From Oscillospiraceae bacterium (lineage in GTDB: Bacteria > Bacillota > Clostridia > Oscillospirales > SIG627): a stretch of 64,000 nucleotides of DNA. The stretch is taken from assembly GCA_015065085.1 (NCBI GenBank), contig SVQW01000002.1:132197-196196 (forward strand). Direction: 5' to 3'. Every line of letters starts with the position of its first letter. The stretch's first letter is position 1. A model generated the notes under the pieces. The model saw nothing but the letters and a program-made list of their open reading frames with translations. It did no database searches and was not told the origin of the DNA. This document shows positions 26,488 through 36,750 of the stretch, piece after piece. The position numbers were made by a program, and so were the translations under genes.

Positions 26488-27684
26488 TTACATACTCAGA
26501 AATATTTCCCACAGTGCCAGCACAAGTCCCACAACAGTCAGTATAAATACAAGGACGTTGTTGAACTCGGAATGGGCAAGCTCCAGGTCGCTTTCCAGCA
26601 TTTCCAGAAGGTCCTTTACCTGCTCGACAATGGGGGCAATATGCTGGCTTTCCAGAAGCATTGCGCTGAGCTGACCGATTTCGGAAATTTCAGCCCTTTC
26701 CACCTTTTCCAGCACCATTATTATCTTTCTTCTCAAATCGCGGGTCTTGCCCATACGCAGAAAGAAAAATATTTTTTTCTTTTTGTAAAACTTGCTCTGA
26801 TAGCTCAGAACATTATTCACCAACGCCTTGAGCGTCATGGCGAATTCCACCGAAAACAGTATTCCGTGATTTACTGTTAACGGGCACTCTCCCATAAGAA
26901 AATACGGGTTTACGGCACCGTAGGCATTAACTCCGTATTCTTTCTGATGCTCTATATACTCATTGTGCCGTTTTGTGCCTATGAGGTTTATAAACAGAAA
27001 AGACTGACCGAAGGCGTAAATTCTCATGAAATCGCGGCTGCTCCAGCTAAGCTTCAATCGGTCACTTGCCAGATTGTCCGAAACAAATTCATATCCCTCA
27101 TCTCCCGTTATAAATCCGTACAAACGCTTTTTTTCTGCTTCTTCAAGTGACTGTGCCGTCTGGTAATTACCGATTTTTGTTATTTCGCAAAGAGTGCTGT
27201 ACTCAGAACGCTCGGCAGTAATTCCCAGAGCGGAGCAGATATCTTCCGCAAGCTGATAACAGGACATTTTTCCAAATCCGAAATCATACTGCTTTATTCC
27301 TCCGCTCTGGCGGAGCTTTATTATATTGTCGGTATCGGTATTCTTGAGGGAATAGTGAAAGGAAAGAGCTACTATATTAAGCTCCGGAAAATAAGCAATC
27401 ATGGTTATCCAGTCGCTTATGCCCTCTTCCTTCATATTTTTGGGCTTATGCTCCGTCAGAAACACACGACAGACATCATAAGTCTGCATTCCGCCGTGCA
27501 GAAAATTCTCTGCAACGCTGAGGTCCTTGAGATACTGCTCGGTCTTGTTTGACTTAGAGTCATAAACATATGCATCACAGTATTTTTCCTTCACCTTTTT
27601 TACAAATCCGACAGTGTTTTTCCACTTGTTGGATTCATAGTACAAAGAATGCGTAAGGTTTAAATCTATACTAAGATCCTTCAT
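26488..27684 (-). CDS. hypothetical protein, 398 aa, C-terminal single TM (tail-anchored)
   Basis: ATG with AAAGGAAG RBS. I recognise no motif. A long helical region is followed by VLVFILTVVGLVLALWEIFLSM at the extreme C-terminus. Confidence 0.65.
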   Translation of the reverse strand: MKDLSIDLNLTHSLYYESNKWKNTVGFVKKVKEKYCDAYVYDSKSNKTEQYLKDLSVAENFLHGGMQTYDVCRVFLTEHKPKNMKEEGISDWITMIAYFPELNIVALSFHYSLKNTDTDNIIKLRQSGGIKQYDFGFGKMSCYQLAEDICSALGITAERSEYSTLCEITKIGNYQTAQSLEEAEKKRLYGFITGDEGYEFVSDNLASDRLKLSWSSRDFMRIYAFGQSFLFINLIGTKRHNEYIEHQKEYGVNAYGAVNPYFLMGECPLTVNHGILFSVEFAMTLKALVNNVLSYQSKFYKKKKIFFFLRMGKTRDLRRKIIMVLEKVERAEISEIGQLSAMLLESQHIAPIVEQVKDLLEMLESDLELAHSEFNNVLVFILTVVGLVLALWEIFLSM

Positions 27685-27701
27685 TTTTCACTTCCTTTCA
27701 G

Positions 27702-28808
27702 CTATGCTTTGCTGATTACATCTATTTTGAACTCATAGCTGTCGTCCATTATATCATCTTCGGTGAAAGAGGTGAAAAGTATTTCCTTTGCCCCTGTTCT
27801 TTCGCGGTCATAGGTAAGATAAATCCTTCCGTCGTGAAAGTCGATATCGGGATAGGAAATATCCGGTCTTGGGTCTATCAGCTTTTTGTACTTCCATGTT
27901 TCGCCGTCATCTTCCGAAAGATACGCCGTCATTTTACAGCGTGTTTTGCTGTCATCGTTAAGTACAAGCAACACTCTTCCGCTTGGTGTGCGTGACACAT
28001 AGAACCTGCTGTTTGCCGCCACAATTCCGCTGTTTTCAGCCTTTTCCCAGGTGTTTCCGTCATCGTGGGAAACGCTTTGTGCAAGGTATCCCACATCTGT
28101 TCTTGCGAACATACGTATTGTGCCGTCTTCTTTCTGATACGCCATAGCCTCATCAAAAGGGGTGCTGACTTTTTCAGCGCCGTAAAGATGTGTGTAGCTC
28201 TTGCCGTTGTTGTCCGAAATACTGTAACCGTATCGTTCGCTCATCTGGTCATAATTGAAATTTATCCATCTGCCGCTTTTTGTAACAAGCGGCTTGCAAC
28301 GTAAAAAACCTATATCAAGATATCTCGGCTGTGAAAAGCTCAGCACCTCTGCATCCGGTTCATCACATACACTCACCCACTCCGCATGCAGAAAATCAGG
28401 GAACTGATATCCGTCCACACAGACCCACGGCTGATTGGGCTTTAAGTTCTCGGGCTTGGGGTCTGTTTCGTAAGCGGTATTGTTCTGCACCCAGAACACA
28501 TAAAGCTTGCCCTCGGGAGATGTCCAAAGCTGAATGTCCAGCGCGTGAATGAATTTTTCTTTATTACCGGGTATAACCAGTACGGGATGTGACCAGGTCT
28601 TGCCTTTATCATCGCTGTAAATGAGCAGGTTATAGTTATCCATGTGCGGCTCGCGCGTTCCACCGGAATACCAGCCTGCAAATATTCTTCCGCCTTTTGT
28701 TACGGCAAGAGTGGGACAGCCCTGAAAATGACGTATTTTTTCTGAATACTTTTCGTCCGTGGGATACATGAGCAGTTCACATTGGATTTTTGATGCGTTA
28801 TTATTCAT
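27702..28808 (-). CDS. BNR/Asp-box repeat glycosidase-like protein (sialidase/GH33-superfamily fold)
   Basis: Four Asp-boxes (SDDKGKTW, SDNNGKSY, SHDDGNTW, SEDDGETW). No signal peptide. Confidence 0.75.
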   Translation of the reverse strand: MNNNASKIQCELLMYPTDEKYSEKIRHFQGCPTLAVTKGGRIFAGWYSGGTREPHMDNYNLLIYSDDKGKTWSHPVLVIPGNKEKFIHALDIQLWTSPEGKLYVFWVQNNTAYETDPKPENLKPNQPWVCVDGYQFPDFLHAEWVSVCDEPDAEVLSFSQPRYLDIGFLRCKPLVTKSGRWINFNYDQMSERYGYSISDNNGKSYTHLYGAEKVSTPFDEAMAYQKEDGTIRMFARTDVGYLAQSVSHDDGNTWEKAENSGIVAANSRFYVSRTPSGRVLLVLNDDSKTRCKMTAYLSEDDGETWKYKKLIDPRPDISYPDIDFHDGRIYLTYDRERTGAKEILFTSFTEDDIMDDSYEFKIDVISKA

Positions 28809-28834
28809 TTCGAAGTCCCTCGTGACTTACAGCT

Positions 28835-31078
28835 TTAAAGACATTTTACCGTATACTGACCGGAAGCCACCTTTTTGCACGCTGTGCCGTCCTCGAACGC
28901 AAAGCCATTTTCCAGATATGCAGTGGCTTTCACACCATCGGGTATTTCCAGCGTAAGAGTTATCTTTCCGTTTTCCTTCTTCCAGCCCGAAACAATCTTG
29001 CCCATAGGTGCTTCATAATAGCCCTCGGCATTGTCAAGAGCGGTGGCAAAGCAAGGTCTTATATCCACCTCGGAAATATCGTTGAGATTGGGGTTGAATT
29101 GTATACCTGCAAGGCATTTTATAAACCATGCGCTGATATCGCCCCAGAAATGGTGGTTCATGGAGTCTACTCTGTCGGTCAGGAATCTTTCCCAAAGCGT
29201 GGTAGCACCCTGCGCAATCCAGTTACCGTAGGAGGGGAAGTCGGGTCTTATTATCATTTTCAGTGCAAGGTCGGTGTAACCGAAACGGGAAAGCACGTGG
29301 AAAATAACCCTTGCGCCCAAAACACCTATATCTATATGTTCATCCGCCTCATGAACAAAATCAATAAGGCGCTCAACGGCTTTTTCGGTTTCCTCGGGAG
29401 TGAATACACCATAATAAATGCACATCGCCTGGCTGCTCTGACAGCTTCCCTTGACGGTCATTGTTTCAAAATCGATAAGGTTTTTGCGTATAGCCGCCTT
29501 ATAATTGCCCGCAACAGTCAAAGCAAAATCACGCTGAGGCACCATGCCTACGGCATCAAACATAACCGCCATCTTATTGGCTATATCCATGGAAATAACG
29601 GTATCGGTAACTACCAGAGGAGCCTTGGGAGGACGGATATCGTTGATATGACACCAGTCGCCAAGACCTATGTGTATAGTTCCGTCCGCGTCATTGCGTG
29701 TTGTGAGATAGTGCAGATATTTCATGAACGCATGGGCACAGTCTTTTATTGTATCGGTATCACCACGGTAAATGTACATGTAGTAAGGCAGATATGCCAG
29801 CACGCAGTCCCATGCAGGTCCGTTGCCCCAGTGGAAGCCCCATCCGGTGGTGGGAATAATTCCCGGAAGAGCACCAAGTTCGTTCTGAGCCTTGCAAATA
29901 TTTTTTAACCATTCTTTGTAGCTTTTTTCGGGAGCAAAGTTCAGCATAACGTGCTCGCAGGACAGTGCCGCATCAGCAGTCCAGCCGTTTTTCTCACGCT
30001 GAGGGCAGTCCGTGGGAAAATAATGGAAGTTTGAGATATCGCTTCTGCGGGTTATTTCCTGAAGTGTGTTAACGGTTTTATCGGAACAGGTAAACCCTCC
30101 GCGGGATTTAATATTTGAATGTATTACAAGATATGTAAGAAGCTCCTTGGTAGCCTGCCCGGGAGTTATTCCGGTAACCTTTACATAGCGGAAGCCGTGG
30201 TAAACAAATGTTGGGGTGTAGGTCTCATTTCCCGAGCCGTTGCACACATAAATATCTTTATGAACTATGTCCTTATCGAAATCCCATTTCTGGTTGAACC
30301 ACAGATTCTTCAAAAGCGGCTCGCCGTTTTTATCAAGGCCCTCAAAGTGTACCATTTCCACCTTCTGACCTTTTTCGCCCTTTATATTGAGGCGGCAGAT
30401 ACCGGCATTCACAATGCCGAAGTCATAGATATATCCATCCTCCGCTTTTATGATTTCAACGGGCTTTATTTCGGTTTCCTTAACAATGGGTTCAACCGTA
30501 CACAGACGAAGCTCACCTCTCGGAGGGAGTGTTTCTATTGCATTATTCCATGCACTGTCATCAAAGTTCTTTTCGTTCCAGCCCGAAATTTCACAGTTTG
30601 CATCATAGTATTCACCAAAGCGGTAATCATCAGAAAGTATTGGAGACGGAAATGTTTTAAATGTACTGTCGGTTTCCACCACAATCTCGTTGCCGTCAGC
30701 CGATTTATAGCTGAGTGTCATGGCGACAAGAGGGGCACTTCGGAAAGGTGCCTTATCAAAATCCCATATATGTCCGCCGGGGTTATTCTGGAAACCGTTG
30801 CCCAGAAGAAGCCCGATTACGTTTTCCCCTTTATCAACGGGAATTTCGTACTCATCGCAATAAATGTAGTCATCGGTGTTGGATATATATGGTGCAAGAT
30901 AGCCCTTGGTGTATCTCTTTCCGTTGAAATACAATTCGTAAAATCCGCATGCCGCTATAACTATCTTAGCCGTTGAATCAGTATCCGAAACAAAGCTTTT
31001 TCTCAGATACGGTGCGGGAACATTTTTTTCAAAGGTATTAAACTCATTGGTTGCTTTAATAAACTTATTGATGTTCAT
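28835..31078 (-). CDS. alpha-L-rhamnosidase (GH78)
   Basis: FYELYFNGKR N-terminal domain, YHGFRYVKVTG, and TDCPQREKNGWTADA (the GH78 six-hairpin signature DCPQRE..GWTgD). Confidence 0.88.
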   Translation of the reverse strand: MNINKFIKATNEFNTFEKNVPAPYLRKSFVSDTDSTAKIVIAACGFYELYFNGKRYTKGYLAPYISNTDDYIYCDEYEIPVDKGENVIGLLLGNGFQNNPGGHIWDFDKAPFRSAPLVAMTLSYKSADGNEIVVETDSTFKTFPSPILSDDYRFGEYYDANCEISGWNEKNFDDSAWNNAIETLPPRGELRLCTVEPIVKETEIKPVEIIKAEDGYIYDFGIVNAGICRLNIKGEKGQKVEMVHFEGLDKNGEPLLKNLWFNQKWDFDKDIVHKDIYVCNGSGNETYTPTFVYHGFRYVKVTGITPGQATKELLTYLVIHSNIKSRGGFTCSDKTVNTLQEITRRSDISNFHYFPTDCPQREKNGWTADAALSCEHVMLNFAPEKSYKEWLKNICKAQNELGALPGIIPTTGWGFHWGNGPAWDCVLAYLPYYMYIYRGDTDTIKDCAHAFMKYLHYLTTRNDADGTIHIGLGDWCHINDIRPPKAPLVVTDTVISMDIANKMAVMFDAVGMVPQRDFALTVAGNYKAAIRKNLIDFETMTVKGSCQSSQAMCIYYGVFTPEETEKAVERLIDFVHEADEHIDIGVLGARVIFHVLSRFGYTDLALKMIIRPDFPSYGNWIAQGATTLWERFLTDRVDSMNHHFWGDISAWFIKCLAGIQFNPNLNDISEVDIRPCFATALDNAEGYYEAPMGKIVSGWKKENGKITLTLEIPDGVKATAYLENGFAFEDGTACKKVASGQYTVKCL

Positions 31079-31113
31079 AAAATCACCTCATGTTAATGTA
31101 TTTATTTTAATTG

Positions 31114-32397
31114 TTATTCAATTGATGAACACTGGTCGGATTTTATAAATTTCTTCCAGAAGAAATACGATATAAAAGCAAGAAGCACCGATACCGCCGC
31201 AAATGCCATCCACACCGCAACAACAGGTACCCAGTTATTGTCAAACGCATCAGCCACTCTGGGAGAAACGTAGTTTGCAACAACTATTCCCAGAGAGGTC
31301 GTGGCATTAAGCAGTCCCGAAACCGTTGCCGATTTCCCCATTTTTGAAAACCGCATTGTCATATGGGAAAAAGGTATGGTAGCGGATGCGGAGGAAATCA
31401 TTACCACAAGCGAAACCATCAGAAGCATAAGCCATACATTTATTTTGCCAACAAAAAGCATTACGCCGAATATAGGCAAAAGAGACATAAGGCAAATCAT
31501 AATGGTCATACATTCGTTGTATACTTTTTTTCGGTATATGCACTTTATAAGAAGCTTGCCGACAACACCCAAAACTATCGGAATAACCGTAATTACACTT
31601 GCAACAGCGGAAGAAACACCGTCATAGCTTTCGGCAAGCATACTGGGCGTCACGGACGGTACACCGAGAAAGAACACCGACTGCAATACAGTAAGCGGAA
31701 GGAGAAAGCACATACCGCTGGTTATCATAACCTTTGCAAAACCCGCATCTTTTTTATTCCTCTCGGTTTTTTGCTCTGTCACGTTTGGGGCGGTATGATC
31801 AATATTTTCGTTTTTCACCATTTTAATATCAAAGAATTTTCCGGCAACTATCCAGTAAACCGAGCATACTGCCAGAACGATTGCCGAAACCGTGAAATTC
31901 ATTTTCCAGCCCGAAACCGAACCTGCGAGCAAATAGCTCATTATAAGTCCCAAAGTGGACGAAAAGTTTATGTAAAACACACCGTTGTATCTGTGCTCGG
32001 GCGCAAGGCAAGAAGCAACTATTTTGAAAACACCCGGCCATACGCCGAACTGCACAATACCGTTGAGCGCCCACACGGCCATCATGAAATAATAATTGCT
32101 GTTTAAGGTTATAAGTACGTTTGCAACCGCAGCACCTATAAAACCTATGGTAATAAGCTTATATGGCGAGTATTTATCTGCCGCCATACCTCCCAATATC
32201 TGAAAGGGTGCATATATCAGATAAAACATGGCTGAAATGGTGCCCGTCTGGCTTTTGGTGAGAACTCCCTCCTCCACCAGTCGTACCATTGCGGCACTGT
32301 AACAATTTTTGGTCATGTAAATTATGGCATATAAAATTGCAAGACTGAGAAACAACGCAAGACTTAATTTTTGATTTTTTAAATACTTGTTTTTCAT
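31114..32397 (-). CDS. MFS transporter
   Basis: 12-TM-type hydrophobic profile. Start moved to ATG 32397 (MKNKYL...) because the track start at 32544 would overlap 128 nt of the upstream SGNH gene. Confidence 0.85.
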   Translation of the reverse strand: MKNKYLKNQKLSLALFLSLAILYAIIYMTKNCYSAAMVRLVEEGVLTKSQTGTISAMFYLIYAPFQILGGMAADKYSPYKLITIGFIGAAVANVLITLNSNYYFMMAVWALNGIVQFGVWPGVFKIVASCLAPEHRYNGVFYINFSSTLGLIMSYLLAGSVSGWKMNFTVSAIVLAVCSVYWIVAGKFFDIKMVKNENIDHTAPNVTEQKTERNKKDAGFAKVMITSGMCFLLPLTVLQSVFFLGVPSVTPSMLAESYDGVSSAVASVITVIPIVLGVVGKLLIKCIYRKKVYNECMTIMICLMSLLPIFGVMLFVGKINVWLMLLMVSLVVMISSASATIPFSHMTMRFSKMGKSATVSGLLNATTSLGIVVANYVSPRVADAFDNNWVPVVAVWMAFAAVSVLLAFISYFFWKKFIKSDQCSSIE

Positions 32398-32416
32398 AAT
32401 GTTTAAACCAACCTGA

Positions 32417-33430
32417 TTAAAGCTGTGATTTGATTTTATCGTAGAGATTGTTAAAATAGTGCTCAAAACCGCTGTCATTGGGGTGAAGCCGCAAATCAGC
32501 GTAATACTTTGAATCGTGAGGCACAAAATCAATGCCGTCAACAAATACCGTATTATCCATACTTTCCGCCAATTCTTTTATATATCTGCTGACGCTTTCA
32601 AAGGGACCGAGGTCTCTTTTTTCATGCATATCGCTGCGCCATATGGGTGATATTGCAAATATCTTTGCAGTGGGGTGGCTTTTTCTGAGATTCGTGTAAA
32701 AGCCCTTGCACTTGCTCTTGAAGGTCTGTTCGTCATAAACGCTCCAGTCGTTTGTTCCATATGCTACGGTTATGTAATCCGGCTCAAAACTGTCTTTAAG
32801 CTGTGCCAGCTCGGGTGAAAACCTCTCTGCACCGATAGCCTTGTTGAATTCCTCCGCATTCATCGCTTCCGCAAGCATTGCAATATAGCGGTTTGACGGG
32901 CGCAGAGCATCGTAGCCGTGGGTTATGGAATCGCCGTATGCAATCAGCTTCTTCGGGGGCTTCAATGCCTTGATAAAAGCGTTATCATCAACCGTAAGTT
33001 TTTCTATTGCCGTGCTTACCGACCAGGGCAGATGTATACATACCGTTTTTGTTCCGCCGCCAAGCTTAAATTCCTTTTCAAAACCGCCCAATCCGGCATT
33101 TATGCCCGCGTAGTTATCCGGAATTTCCATATGTGAAAAATTATCAATACAGCCGACGGTTTTTTTATCGGCAAATACATCAATCGAAAAATACTTACGC
33201 GAAGATCCCTGCGCCGTAATCCCCTTCACAAGCAGGCTTTCGCTGTTTGTTTCAAACAAGAATTTTATTCCCGCCGAAGAAAGACTCTTCATATAAAAAT
33301 CAGGATTTGTTGTCTTGTAAAATTGCTCCTGATCCTTTGTGAATCTGTAAAAATGTATCAATCCGTCCCGCAATTCAACACGAACTGCGCCTGTTGTGAT
33401 TTCCTTTATTTTTTCAAAACTGAGTTCCAT
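32417..33430 (-). CDS. SGNH/GDSL hydrolase (esterase) with N-terminal beta-sandwich-like domain
   Basis: Blocks IAYGDSITHG, YGTNDW and DLRLHPNDSG. Cytoplasmic (no signal peptide). Confidence 0.8.
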   Translation of the reverse strand: MELSFEKIKEITTGAVRVELRDGLIHFYRFTKDQEQFYKTTNPDFYMKSLSSAGIKFLFETNSESLLVKGITAQGSSRKYFSIDVFADKKTVGCIDNFSHMEIPDNYAGINAGLGGFEKEFKLGGGTKTVCIHLPWSVSTAIEKLTVDDNAFIKALKPPKKLIAYGDSITHGYDALRPSNRYIAMLAEAMNAEEFNKAIGAERFSPELAQLKDSFEPDYITVAYGTNDWSVYDEQTFKSKCKGFYTNLRKSHPTAKIFAISPIWRSDMHEKRDLGPFESVSRYIKELAESMDNTVFVDGIDFVPHDSKYYADLRLHPNDSGFEHYFNNLYDKIKSQL

Positions 33431-33453
33431 ACATTAACCAACCTTTTATAGTA

Positions 33454-34641
33454 TCATTTGAGATATTCCATTGCAATGGCACAGTACGCCGCAACACCCC
33501 GCCAAAGCACGTCCTCGTCCACGTCAAAAGCAGGATTGTGATTGGCATTGGTTATTCCCTTGTCAGAGTTATTGGTGCACAGAAAGAAATACACTCCCGG
33601 CACTTTTTGGGCATAGTTTGCAAAATCATCCGACCCCATAAGTGCAGATGAAACTTTTGATACAACCTTTTCTTCGCCCAATTTTTCACTCACTGCTTTA
33701 TACACAAGGTTGCTCAACGCCTCATCGTTGACAACGGTGGCAGAGCCCTTTTTCAATTCCACATCGCACTCTGCCCCAAACGCCGAGGCAATGTGAGTGC
33801 ATATGCATTTCAATCTTTCCCCTATAAACTCACGTGTTTCGGGATTCTGTACTCTTGTACTGCCTTTGAGTACGGCGGTATCGGGAATGGTATTATGGTC
33901 TATACCTGCATGAAAGCTTCCGAAAGACAGCACCGCAGCCGTTCCCGCCGGAAGCTCTCTTGCAAAAATCTCTTCACAGGCATTTACAATTCTTGCCGCT
34001 ATGAGAATGGGGTCAATGCCCTTTTCGGGAAAAGCGGAATGTGTTCCCTTGCCTTTTACGGTGATGGTGAATTTGTCCTTACCCGCCGTAACCGGTCCCG
34101 AAAGCACTGCCAGAGTACCTGCGGACAGTTTGTCTCCTGCCAGATTGCCCACATGAAGAGCACAAATCGCATCAACACACTCCAGCGCACCCTCGGAAAT
34201 CATGTTAAGTGCACCCGTTCCGGTTTCCTCACCGGTCTGAAACAGCAGACGAACAGTTCCGTTCAATTCGTTTTTATATTCATTGAGCACCTCCGCCGCC
34301 GCAAGAAGTATTGCGGTATGTGCATCATGTCCGCATCCATGCATCTGACCTTCAATTTCCGAGCGAAACTCAAGTCCCGTACCCTCATTTATGTGAAGTC
34401 CATCCATATCTGCACGAAATGCAATTGTTTTTCCGCCGCTTTTGCCCCTTATTTCGGCAACAATACCGTCATCCGACTCATTAAGCTTATACGGTATACC
34501 CAAGGCATCCAACGCACTGCACACAATTTTCCGTGTTTTGGGCAGCCTTTCGCCGATTTCGGGATATCTGTGCAAATTGCGCCGCATATCAATAAGCTTT
34601 TTTTCATTTTTTCTTATTTTATCAATTATTGATTCTGACAT
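33454..34641 (-). CDS. M20D amidohydrolase (N-acyl-amino-acid / hippurate-hydrolase type)
   Basis: LHRYPEIG, MHGCGHDAHTAILLAAA, FQTGEE. Confidence 0.9.
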   Translation of the reverse strand: MSESIIDKIRKNEKKLIDMRRNLHRYPEIGERLPKTRKIVCSALDALGIPYKLNESDDGIVAEIRGKSGGKTIAFRADMDGLHINEGTGLEFRSEIEGQMHGCGHDAHTAILLAAAEVLNEYKNELNGTVRLLFQTGEETGTGALNMISEGALECVDAICALHVGNLAGDKLSAGTLAVLSGPVTAGKDKFTITVKGKGTHSAFPEKGIDPILIAARIVNACEEIFARELPAGTAAVLSFGSFHAGIDHNTIPDTAVLKGSTRVQNPETREFIGERLKCICTHIASAFGAECDVELKKGSATVVNDEALSNLVYKAVSEKLGEEKVVSKVSSALMGSDDFANYAQKVPGVYFFLCTNNSDKGITNANHNPAFDVDEDVLWRGVAAYCAIAMEYLK

Positions 34642-34663
34642 ACAATCACCGCTTTGTGTATTT

Positions 34664-35959
34664 TTAAATGCGTTTGGTTTTCATTTTTCTCGCAAACAAA
34701 GTAAGCGCCAGGAGAATTATATAAAGACATCCGATGGTGGCAAAAACAGCAGTCCAGCCGAAAGTGTCCTTTACGAAGCCGAAAATTGAAGCCTGAATAG
34801 CAGCACCCATATATACTGCCCAGTCAAATACACCCACGATGGTTGAGGAAAAAGCTCTTCCGCCCATATCACCCGCTATTGCCCATATAACACCCGTAAC
34901 CATGGCAAACACGCCCAGAATGAACAGCATAGCCGATGCTGCGCCCTGGCTCCTTATGAACGGGAACAGAATCATTCCGAAGAATGTGATTACCGACGCA
35001 AGAATAAGCATTGGTTCGCGTTTTCCTTTGAATATCTTATCTGTAATAAACGGGAACACAAACATTGCACATGCCTGCCCGAAAGGAAGCAGTATGGAGC
35101 TGAAAATTCCGCTCTTTATGGACAATCCCAGTTCTTCCATGAAGTACGTGGGAACCCAGGTCAGAAGTCCGTAACGTCCCACACCCGCAATAGCGGAAAT
35201 AAGGCAGAAAACGAGCACCTTAGGCTCAGTGAAAAGCACTTTATACGGGTAAAGATAGCCCTTTTCGTCAATAGATTTGGCAAGCTCCGCATCGCGTTGT
35301 GCCGCCGTCGCATCCGTTTCTTCAAAAGCCTTAAGCCCCACATCTTCGGGCTTTTCCTTGAAGAATGCCGCAAAAGCAATAAGCATCAGTACCATTGGTA
35401 TCATGGGATATCTGAACGCCGCTCGCCAGCCCCACTCGGGATTCCAGTCCATGCAAAGGAGTATGGTAAGATATGTAACAACCTGCGCCATACCGGAAAA
35501 AGCGGTCGTCAGTCCGGAAGCAAATCCGCGTTTTTCCTTGGGCCACCATTTATTCAGAACACCCAGGCCGTTCGCCCACACGGTGGACTGGAAAAAGCCG
35601 TTTAGTCCCCACAGTACCGCAATAACAGGTATTGAAGTCTGGAAAGAAATTATTACATTTATCACGGCAGAGGCGATAATGCCTATCATCATAAAGCGTT
35701 TATATCCAAAAAACGCACCCAGTCTGCCGTTAATGAGCTGTCCGAAAGCATAGCACCAGAAAAGTGCCGAAGACACAACGCCCAGAGCCGCCGTAGAAGA
35801 GCCGAGCCCCTCTGCCATCTGCGTCATGACAAGATTTATATTCTGTCTTCCGTTATAGAAAAACAGATATGTAAGACCGAAGCTGAGAAGCATAAGCCAG
35901 GCATATTTTTTGAACTTACCATAGTCTTTCTGTGAATATCCGTATGTATTTTGCTGCAT
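34664..35959 (-). CDS. MFS transporter (sugar-acid / organophosphate-permease-like)
   Basis: 431 aa, 12-TM profile, NGRLGAFFGYKR loop motif between TM2 and TM3. Confidence 0.88.
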   Translation of the reverse strand: MQQNTYGYSQKDYGKFKKYAWLMLLSFGLTYLFFYNGRQNINLVMTQMAEGLGSSTAALGVVSSALFWCYAFGQLINGRLGAFFGYKRFMMIGIIASAVINVIISFQTSIPVIAVLWGLNGFFQSTVWANGLGVLNKWWPKEKRGFASGLTTAFSGMAQVVTYLTILLCMDWNPEWGWRAAFRYPMIPMVLMLIAFAAFFKEKPEDVGLKAFEETDATAAQRDAELAKSIDEKGYLYPYKVLFTEPKVLVFCLISAIAGVGRYGLLTWVPTYFMEELGLSIKSGIFSSILLPFGQACAMFVFPFITDKIFKGKREPMLILASVITFFGMILFPFIRSQGAASAMLFILGVFAMVTGVIWAIAGDMGGRAFSSTIVGVFDWAVYMGAAIQASIFGFVKDTFGWTAVFATIGCLYIILLALTLFARKMKTKRI

Positions 35960-36069
35960 ATTTTTTCTCCTTACAGAATGGATATTTATTTGATTCTTGC
36001 TTAAACTGATTTTGGTTTATCGGCGATAAAGCCTGCGGCTGTTAATATTTATGAATACCGTTTTTATAA

Positions 36070-36750
36070 TCAAATTATGCCAAACAATATAAAGCCAACC
36101 GTATTTATTGCAAAATTGGCAAACATATGTACCAGCCAGGAGGGATAGACAGTACCGCTTTTTTCATTGAGATAATTGAAAATCAAACCGCCCGCGAAAA
36201 GCCCCGCCATAATGATAATGAATACATCAGGCTTGAACCAGCCCACCATCATGGCTATGTGGTACACCGCAAATACTGCTGCGCTGAACAGATAGGCAAA
36301 TTTTTTGCCCGTTATTCTTTTGAGTGTCAGGAAAGCAAATCCGCGGAAGAAAAATTCCTCCAGAAGCGAATTCACAAAGGATATATACAGTGAAACGTAT
36401 ATAAAGTTATTCCCCGTAACACCGATATTATTTGTCAGTGAACCCGTAACTGCCGAAAAATCAAACACTCCTCTGAGAAGCAGGTAACCACCCAGAATAA
36501 CCACATACACCAAAACGGCAAGTATGAGTGCAAGCTTCACTCCCTTTTTATCGGGCTTGAATATCTCTTTTATTTTTATATTCCTGTCATAAAATGAATA
36601 CAGTGCAGGAAGCACCAGAAACAATACAAGCTTTATGACCGATTTGGTGAAATAGTCTGCCTTGAGTACTCCGTCGATAACCGCCATAACGGCACAGAAC
36701 GCTACTATGAGCGACACCATTAAAATCGGTTTTTTGATATTGTTTTTCAT
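36070..36750 (-). CDS. CPBP-family intramembrane glutamic endopeptidase (CAAX protease/Abi type)
   Basis: EEFFFRGF, FAVYH and HMFANF motifs. The start overlaps the dagK-family stop by 4 nt (ATGA). Confidence 0.85.
   Translation of the reverse strand: MKNNIKKPILMVSLIVAFCAVMAVIDGVLKADYFTKSVIKLVLFLVLPALYSFYDRNIKIKEIFKPDKKGVKLALILAVLVYVVILGGYLLLRGVFDFSAVTGSLTNNIGVTGNNFIYVSLYISFVNSLLEEFFFRGFAFLTLKRITGKKFAYLFSAAVFAVYHIAMMVGWFKPDVFIIIMAGLFAGGLIFNYLNEKSGTVYPSWLVHMFANFAINTVGFILFGII

Noticed and set aside
29099-30976. 269-aa and 285-aa plus-strand ORFs
   Set aside because: Both are antisense to the GH78 rhamnosidase gene, which has diagnostic motifs in its own frame.
32398-32544. N-terminal extension of the MFS transporter ORF
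   Set aside because: It would overlap 128 nt of the upstream SGNH gene. The internal ATG at 32397 lies 19 nt after that gene's stop.
36747-36750. dagK-family/CPBP 4-nt overlap as a special system
   Set aside because: ATGA overlaps are common translational coupling. Lipid kinase and CPBP protease adjacency has no additional supporting signal here.
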